Below are positions 59,099 to 64,000 of a stretch of DNA of 64,000 bases, one piece after another. Origin of the DNA: Candidatus Nanopelagicales bacterium (GTDB lineage Bacteria; Actinomycetota; Actinomycetes; S36-B12; UBA5976); contig JAURFT010000001.1 in assembly GCA_030834185.1 (NCBI GenBank), forward strand, positions 14,552 through 78,551, read 5' to 3'. A program made the position numbers and the translations under genes. The number at the start of each line of letters is the position of its first letter. The first letter of the stretch is position 1. Under the pieces are notes generated by a model. It searched no databases. It was not told the DNA's origin and saw only the letters and a list, made by a program, of their open reading frames with translations.

Positions 59099-59905
59099 CT
59101 AATTAAGCGCAATGTTATCGAGCAGCCGAGTTAACCCGATTCGCACCGCCACCACCAGCCGCTGTCTCCCCAGATCCAGACAGCTTTCAGGCATAGAAAT
59201 TACTTCAGCATAATCAATAGCCCCAGCTTCAATTCCAGCTTTTTCTAGATTGGTTACAAAACTTGCTGCTGGGTCTGCAGTTAGCGCTGCCACATTTAAA
59301 GCCTTATTGATCTGTGCGGCGATTTGAATCTCTGATGCTGATAAGTATTTATTTCTACTACTTAACGCTAAACCAAAGTCGTCTCGAACAGTTTCGACAG
59401 CAATTATTTCTAAATCTGGAAATCGCTCCAAGGCCATTTCTCTAATTAAAATTAATTGCTGCAAGTCCTTAACACCAAAAATTGCATGAGTTGGATTAAC
59501 TATTTCAAAAAGTCTATTTACAGCAGTAAGCATGCCATCAAAATGACCAGGTCGATGCACTCCTTCTAAAGAATCTCCAAATTCTGGGCTTTTAAGTTTT
59601 AACATATCTGAAGCAAGCAGCTCATCAGAACTAGGAAGCCACATCAAATCAACTCCCGACCCTGCTGCTAAATCTCGATCTGATATTCCAGTTCTTGGAT
59701 ACTTACTGAAATCTTCAGTTGAACCAAACTGCAACGGATTTACAAATATTGAAACTATTAACTGCCCTGAATCTGTAGCGATTGTTTTACCAACTCGCAT
59801 TAATTCAGCATGCCCAGTATGGAGGGCTCCCATTGTTGGAACAAATACTCGAGATGAGCTACTTAAGCTTTGTTGAAGTTCTGCGATTGAGTGAACTGTT
59901 CTCAT
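59099..59905 (-). CDS. panC: Pantoate-beta-alanine ligase
   Basis: 268 aa with the HIGH-like motif VPTMGALHTGH and the FVNPLQFG block. Confidence 0.9.
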   Translation of the reverse strand: MRTVHSIAELQQSLSSSSRVFVPTMGALHTGHAELMRVGKTIATDSGQLIVSIFVNPLQFGSTEDFSKYPRTGISDRDLAAGSGVDLMWLPSSDELLASDMLKLKSPEFGDSLEGVHRPGHFDGMLTAVNRLFEIVNPTHAIFGVKDLQQLILIREMALERFPDLEIIAVETVRDDFGLALSSRNKYLSASEIQIAAQINKALNVAALTADPAASFVTNLEKAGIEAGAIDYAEVISMPESCLDLGRQRLVVAVRIGLTRLLDNIALN

Positions 59906-60351
59906 TTGTCATCCTGTGAATCTGGTATTCGACAGATCCGTTCCAACCATAGCGAAACCATAACTAGCAGCAGTGCCGATATGAGAGTTAAGCTCAATAT
60001 TTGAATTCGCTCGGTATTTGCCTGCGTGGCAGGAGCCAGTACATAAGAGAGAGCTAACCCAAAGGAGCCACCAGAAATTATGGTTCCAGTTCGGGAACCA
60101 GCAAGTGCTAAGGCAGCCGTTCGAGCTGATTGAATCGCAGTAAAAGTTCGCTCTGGTCCTGAAATTCGTTTTCGTGCAAGCAGTGTCCAGCTGCCAATTG
60201 CAACAGTCATGCTCAAAGTTGCTACAAATAAATTCAGTGGAACCTGTAAATAGAATTGAATTTGAATACGAAGTGCATAAGCGATCACTCCAAATACCCA
60301 GCTAACTAAAACAAATATTCGAATCAATTGCAAAATGTTTGTTGGTTTCAT
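59902..60351 (-). CDS. DUF3180-like membrane protein
   Basis: 149 aa, 4 TM. It occupies the slot between folK and panC that is conserved in actinobacterial folate operons. 4-nt overlaps on both sides. Confidence 0.5.
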   Translation of the reverse strand: MKPTNILQLIRIFVLVSWVFGVIAYALRIQIQFYLQVPLNLFVATLSMTVAIGSWTLLARKRISGPERTFTAIQSARTAALALAGSRTGTIISGGSFGLALSYVLAPATQANTERIQILSLTLISALLLVMVSLWLERICRIPDSQDDK

Positions 60352-60839
60352 TTCAGTCTCAGATCGCTTAACTTTCTTACGCCTTGATCTTCAAGCGCAG
60401 CTGCCAACTTAGAAACTGCACCTAAGCTATTGAGTTCAGCAGTGGGATCAATTTCAAGCCAAGGTAGTAAAACAAAGCCACGAAACTGCGCCCTTGGGTG
60501 CGGTAGCTCAATATCTGAATCGTTTATGGCACCAAAGCTGCTAACAACAATATCTAAGTCAAGGGTGCGTGGGCCATTTTCAATAATTCGCTCGCGATTT
60601 GCAAGCTGTTCAATTTCTTTTAGCTTTTTTAAAAATACTTGTGGAGTTAATTCTGTCTCAACTTCTATAACTGCGTTAAGAAAATTTGGCTGCTCCAAAT
60701 ATTGCTGTGGCTCAGTTTCATAAACTGAAGAAATTTTTGTTACAACAGTTGACGGTAAGATGTTTATTTGATCAATAGCTAATTGCAGGTAGCTCAAACG
60801 ATTTCCTAGATTTGAGCCAAGTGAAATAATATTAAGCAT
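60348..60839 (-). CDS. folK: 2-Amino-4-hydroxy-6-hydroxymethyldihydropteridine pyrophosphokinase
   Basis: 163 aa with HPPK blocks (LGSNLG, RTLDLDI, LPHPR). Confidence 0.9.
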   Translation of the reverse strand: MLNIISLGSNLGNRLSYLQLAIDQINILPSTVVTKISSVYETEPQQYLEQPNFLNAVIEVETELTPQVFLKKLKEIEQLANRERIIENGPRTLDLDIVVSSFGAINDSDIELPHPRAQFRGFVLLPWLEIDPTAELNSLGAVSKLAAALEDQGVRKLSDLRLK

Positions 60840-60842
60840 GAT

Positions 60843-61190
60843 TTATTTTTTAACCACAACAGAGACATCGTCAATGCCTAAAGACTTTGCAGCTGCCGGC
60901 TTATGTAGTTTTACAACTACGCTAGCAACCAATTTGTTAGCTAAACAATGATCTGCAATGGATTCAGCAAGTGTTTCAATTAAATCAAATTTTTGATCAG
61001 AGATTAAACTCCGTACTGAATCTACCAACTGCGCATAATCTACGGTATTTTCAATAGAGTCATTTCTGGTAAGGCTGAGTAATTGCAACTGCAAATCTAC
61101 GACAAAGAGTTGTTTATTTAATTTTTCTTCTGGGTAAACGCCATGGCAGCCATATTCAGTGATTCCAGTTAACTCGATTGCTTCATTCAT
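60843..61190 (-). CDS. folB: Dihydroneopterin aldolase
   Basis: 115 aa with the FolB block GCHGVYPEE and VDYAQL, located between folP and folK. Confidence 0.85.
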   Translation of the reverse strand: MNEAIELTGITEYGCHGVYPEEKLNKQLFVVDLQLQLLSLTRNDSIENTVDYAQLVDSVRSLISDQKFDLIETLAESIADHCLANKLVASVVVKLHKPAAAKSLGIDDVSVVVKK

Positions 61191-62001
61191 CTACAATCTC
61201 CGCTAAAGCCTTAACTGCCGCAGCGGTGCCTGCGACATCATGAACTCGAACACCCCAGATCTTATTTGCAGCAAGATAAGCGTTGAGCGCGTGAGTGGCG
61301 GCATCTTGGTCTACGCCTAATTCTTTAAGGAAGCGCTTGCGCGAAGCTCCAACTAGCAATGGAAATCCCAATGAGTTCAAAGTTTTAATCTCTGCTATCA
61401 GCTGCCAGTTATGCTCGGAAAGCTTTGCAAATCCCAAACCTGGATCCAGAATCAAACGCTGTGGTGAAATGCCAGCTCCCAACGCCACTGCAACTCGTTG
61501 CTCAAGCTCCTCAATAACTTCCAGCACTACATTTTGGTAATTGGCATTTTCATACATATCAATAGAATGGTTGCGCCAGTGCATGCATATGTAAGGCACA
61601 GTTAATTCAGCCGCGACAAATACCATTTCAGCATCAGCTAGGCCACCGCTAACATCATTAATAATGCTTGCCCCTGCAGTTATTGCAGCACTTGCAACTT
61701 CAGCTCGCATTGTGTCAATTGAAACACAAGCAAATTTACTTACTTCAGTAACAATTTCAAGAACTCTGCCCAGTTCAGTCGCAGCAGCTATTCGCTCAGC
61801 CCCAGGCCTTGTTGACTCACCGCCAACATCAATTACGTCAGCTCCATCAGCAACAAGTTTTTTCGCATGGGCAATTGCAGATTCAGGATTTAAAAATTGA
61901 CCACCATCAGAGAATGAATCAGGCGTTACATTTAAAACACCAAAAATTAAGGTTCGATTTAAATTAGAAATATTTTCTGGTAAGCCAATAACGGAGTTCA
62001 T
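61183..62001 (-). CDS. folP: Dihydropteroate synthase
   Basis: 272 aa. Pterin-binding blocks GVLNVTPDSFSDGG, DVGGESTRPG, SIDT, NDVSGG. Confidence 0.95.
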   Translation of the reverse strand: MNSVIGLPENISNLNRTLIFGVLNVTPDSFSDGGQFLNPESAIAHAKKLVADGADVIDVGGESTRPGAERIAAATELGRVLEIVTEVSKFACVSIDTMRAEVASAAITAGASIINDVSGGLADAEMVFVAAELTVPYICMHWRNHSIDMYENANYQNVVLEVIEELEQRVAVALGAGISPQRLILDPGLGFAKLSEHNWQLIAEIKTLNSLGFPLLVGASRKRFLKELGVDQDAATHALNAYLAANKIWGVRVHDVAGTAAAVKALAEIVDE

Positions 62002-62005
62002 GCAT

Positions 62006-62596
62006 TTAATTTCGAATTAGAGCTAGAGCTTCTGATCGAGCAGGTTCATTCTTTAATGTGCCGCGCGCAGTGCTGGTAATAGTCAAAGCGTTAGTTTTTT
62101 TAATTCCTCGCATTGACATACAAAGGTGTTCAGCTTCTAGAATCACAATCACTCCTGCTGGCTGGAGTGCAGCTTCAATTGCATCAGCAATTTGAGTGGT
62201 TAACCGTTCTTGCACCTGAGGTCGTTTAGCATATAAATCAACAACTCTAGCTAATTTTGATAGTCCGGTTATTTTGCCACCAAATCCTGGAACGTAACCA
62301 ATATGTGCAACTCCAAAAAATGGTAACAGGTGATGTTCACAAACTGAATAAAAATTTATTCCCTTGACCAGGACTAATTCTTCATGTCCAAGATCAAAAT
62401 TTGTGGTTAGCACCTCAGTTGGATCAGTGTGTATTCCGCTAAAAATCTCCTGGTAGGCACGGGCAACTCGAGCTGGGGTGTCTTGCAAGCCATCACGGGT
62501 TGGATCTTCACCTAGCGCGAGCAGCAGCTCAGTTACAGCACGCTCAATGCGTTGAGCATCAATGCCTGTTGAAGTTACTGGCTTTTCATTGCTCAT
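62006..62596 (-). CDS. folE: GTP cyclohydrolase I
   Basis: I start it at ATG 62594-62596 (MSNEKPVTS...), which overlaps the ftsH stop by 11 nt. Active-site block [10 protein letters not shown]. The track start at 62680 would lie deep inside ftsH. Confidence 0.9.
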   Translation of the reverse strand: MSNEKPVTSTGIDAQRIERAVTELLLALGEDPTRDGLQDTPARVARAYQEIFSGIHTDPTEVLTTNFDLGHEELVLVKGINFYSVCEHHLLPFFGVAHIGYVPGFGGKITGLSKLARVVDLYAKRPQVQERLTTQIADAIEAALQPAGVIVILEAEHLCMSMRGIKKTNALTITSTARGTLKNEPARSEALALIRN

Positions 62597-64000
62597 CTGA
62601 ACTCGGCTTAACATCATCATTGATTGAATTTTTAGCAGCAATGACAACAGGAGGTTGCTTGCTTGGAATGCGATCCACACTTCCAGTCCATGCAGCTCGA
62701 TGTTCTCGTCTAATTAGTGGCTCAAATATTTTTGCAACTTCAGCTTTATCAAGAGTCTCTTTTTCCATTAGTGCAACCACAAGCGCATCTAATACAACAC
62801 GGTTCTCAACTAAGATTTCATATGCCTCATGATGTGCTGTTTCAATCAGCATTCTTACTTCTTCATCAATGGCGCCAGCAATATCTTCAGAATAATCTCG
62901 GTGTTGCGTGAATTCCCGACCAAAAAATGGGTCTGCACCATCTCTGCCATATTTGATAGCTCCCAGCCGTTCAGTCATGCCGTACTGGGTAACCATGGCT
63001 CGTGCTAGAGATGTTGCTTTTTCAATGTCGTTGCTAGCCCCAGTTGTTGGATCATGGAAAACCATTTCTTCAGCTGCTCTTCCGCCCAGCATATAAGCGA
63101 GCTTATCTAGCATCTCATTTCTGGTTGTTGAGTATTTTTCTTGATCCGGTAAAACCATTGTGTAACCAAGGGCACGGCCACGCGGCATGATGGTTACTTT
63201 ATGCACGGGATCACTGGTTGGGAGTGCTGCAGCAACCAAAGCATGACCACCTTCGTGGTAAGCGGTAACTAATCTTTCTTTGTCATCCATTAGTCGAGTA
63301 CGCTTTTGCGGCCCAGCAATAACTCGATCAATTGCTTCATCTAATAATTCATTTGTGATCTGCTCTTGATTTATTCGTGCGCCTAGTAAGGCTGCTTCAT
63401 TCAAAACATTTGCAAGATCTGCTCCAGTAAAACCAGGAGTTCTTCGGGCAACTGCAAGCAAATCAACATTTTCTGACAACGGTTTATTTTTGGAGTGAAC
63501 CTTTAAAATTTGTTCACGTCCTGTTAGGTCTGGTCGTTCAACTGCAATCTGTCTATCAAATCGACCAGGACGCAAAAGTGCGGGATCTAAAATATCTGGC
63601 CTATTGGTTGCTGCAATCATGATGACAGTTCCTTTGTCATCAAACCCATCCATCTCAACTAACATTTGGTTCAAAGTTTGTTCGCGCTCATCGTGGCCAC
63701 CCCCTAGTCCTGCTCCACGCTGCCGGCCAACTGCATCAATTTCATCGATAAAAATAATTGCTGGCGCATTGACTTTTGCTTGCTCAAACAAATCTCTAAC
63801 TCGGCTAGCTCCTACTCCAACAAACATTTCAACAAAGTCAGAACCAGAAATTGAGAAGAACGGAACCCCCGCCTCACCTGCAACTGCGCGAGCTAACAAA
63901 GTTTTTCCTGTTCCCGGCGGTCCATACAACAGCACACCTTTTGGAATTTTTGCTCCCATTTTTTTATAGCGCTCTGGATCAGCTAGAAAGTCTTTGATTT
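62586..64000 (-). CDS. ftsH: ATP-dependent zinc metalloprotease FtsH (C-terminal ~470 aa; N-terminus lies beyond the window end)
   Basis: The frame stays open to position 64000 (...[33 protein letters not shown]). It has Walker A/B, SRH and the zinc motif HEGGHA. Confidence 0.95.
   Translation of the reverse strand, partial: IKDFLADPERYKKMGAKIPKGVLLYGPPGTGKTLLARAVAGEAGVPFFSISGSDFVEMFVGVGASRVRDLFEQAKVNAPAIIFIDEIDAVGRQRGAGLGGGHDEREQTLNQMLVEMDGFDDKGTVIMIAATNRPDILDPALLRPGRFDRQIAVERPDLTGREQILKVHSKNKPLSENVDLLAVARRTPGFTGADLANVLNEAALLGARINQEQITNELLDEAIDRVIAGPQKRTRLMDDKERLVTAYHEGGHALVAAALPTSDPVHKVTIMPRGRALGYTMVLPDQEKYSTTRNEMLDKLAYMLGGRAAEEMVFHDPTTGASNDIEKATSLARAMVTQYGMTERLGAIKYGRDGADPFFGREFTQHRDYSEDIAGAIDEEVRMLIETAHHEAYEILVENRVVLDALVVALMEKETLDKAEVAKIFEPLIRREHRAAWTGSVDRIPSKQPPVVIAAKNSINDDVKPSSDEQ

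Noticed and set aside
1-64000. CRISPR arrays, long direct or inverted repeats, IS elements, prophage or defence-system genes
   Set aside because: Reading both strands showed no regularly spaced repeats. Every ORF over 60 aa that looks coding has a housekeeping, respiratory or catabolic assignment, apart from a few small or hypothetical proteins listed as features. I cannot run a formal repeat search, so short dispersed repeats may have been missed.

Overview
This 64-kb window comes from a tightly packed, fairly low-GC actinobacterial chromosome. Gene order follows conserved Mycobacterium/Micrococcales core blocks. The short or negative intergenic spacers fit a streamlined freshwater acI/Nanopelagicales-type genome, but that taxon call is inference. 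Contents, left to right: (i) a murB fragment, a GT2-like gene, a HadA/HadB-like hot-dog dehydratase pair, rpmG (below the ORF-track cutoff), tRNA-Met and tRNA-Thr. (ii) GTP-dependent PEP carboxykinase, a secreted S33 alpha/beta-hydrolase lipoprotein, tRNA-Tyr and rarD. (iii) A ~9-kb sugar / sugar-acid oxidation island at 6978-16237: SDR dehydrogenase, a ribose-type ABC importer with two permeases on opposite strands, SMP-30 lactonase, a mutarotase-like protein and an enolase-superfamily dehydratase. (iv) A ~30-kb respiratory block: polyprenyl-PP synthase coupled to nuoA-N, menG/F/D/C/B/E/A, a DUF4229-like protein, system II cytochrome c maturation (ccsA, resB, ccdA, resA-like), a His-phosphatase, a HemD-like fusion protein, rex and a glutaredoxin-like protein. 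(v) The tiny ribosomal protein bS22 (also below the cutoff), proC, ppx, a Cys-rich hypothetical, radA, clpC1, ppc, an ArgA-like GNAT, lysS, coaX, panC, a DUF3180-like protein, folK/B/P/E and a partial ftsH. I saw no CRISPR array, transposase, integrase, prophage, toxin-antitoxin or recognisable defence genes. I did not find a convincing wholly novel multi-gene system. The most notable observations are: rex is directly coupled to a lone HemD-like gene, with the usual hemA/hemC/hemB/hemL neighbours absent, which joins it to the cytochrome c maturation genes; the methylase-like N-terminal motif of that HemD-like protein is degenerate; a Rex-type palindrome lies upstream of nuoA; and GACTT/AAGTC repeats, including a perfect 8+8 palindrome, fill the divergent promoter of a sugar island that has no regulator gene.
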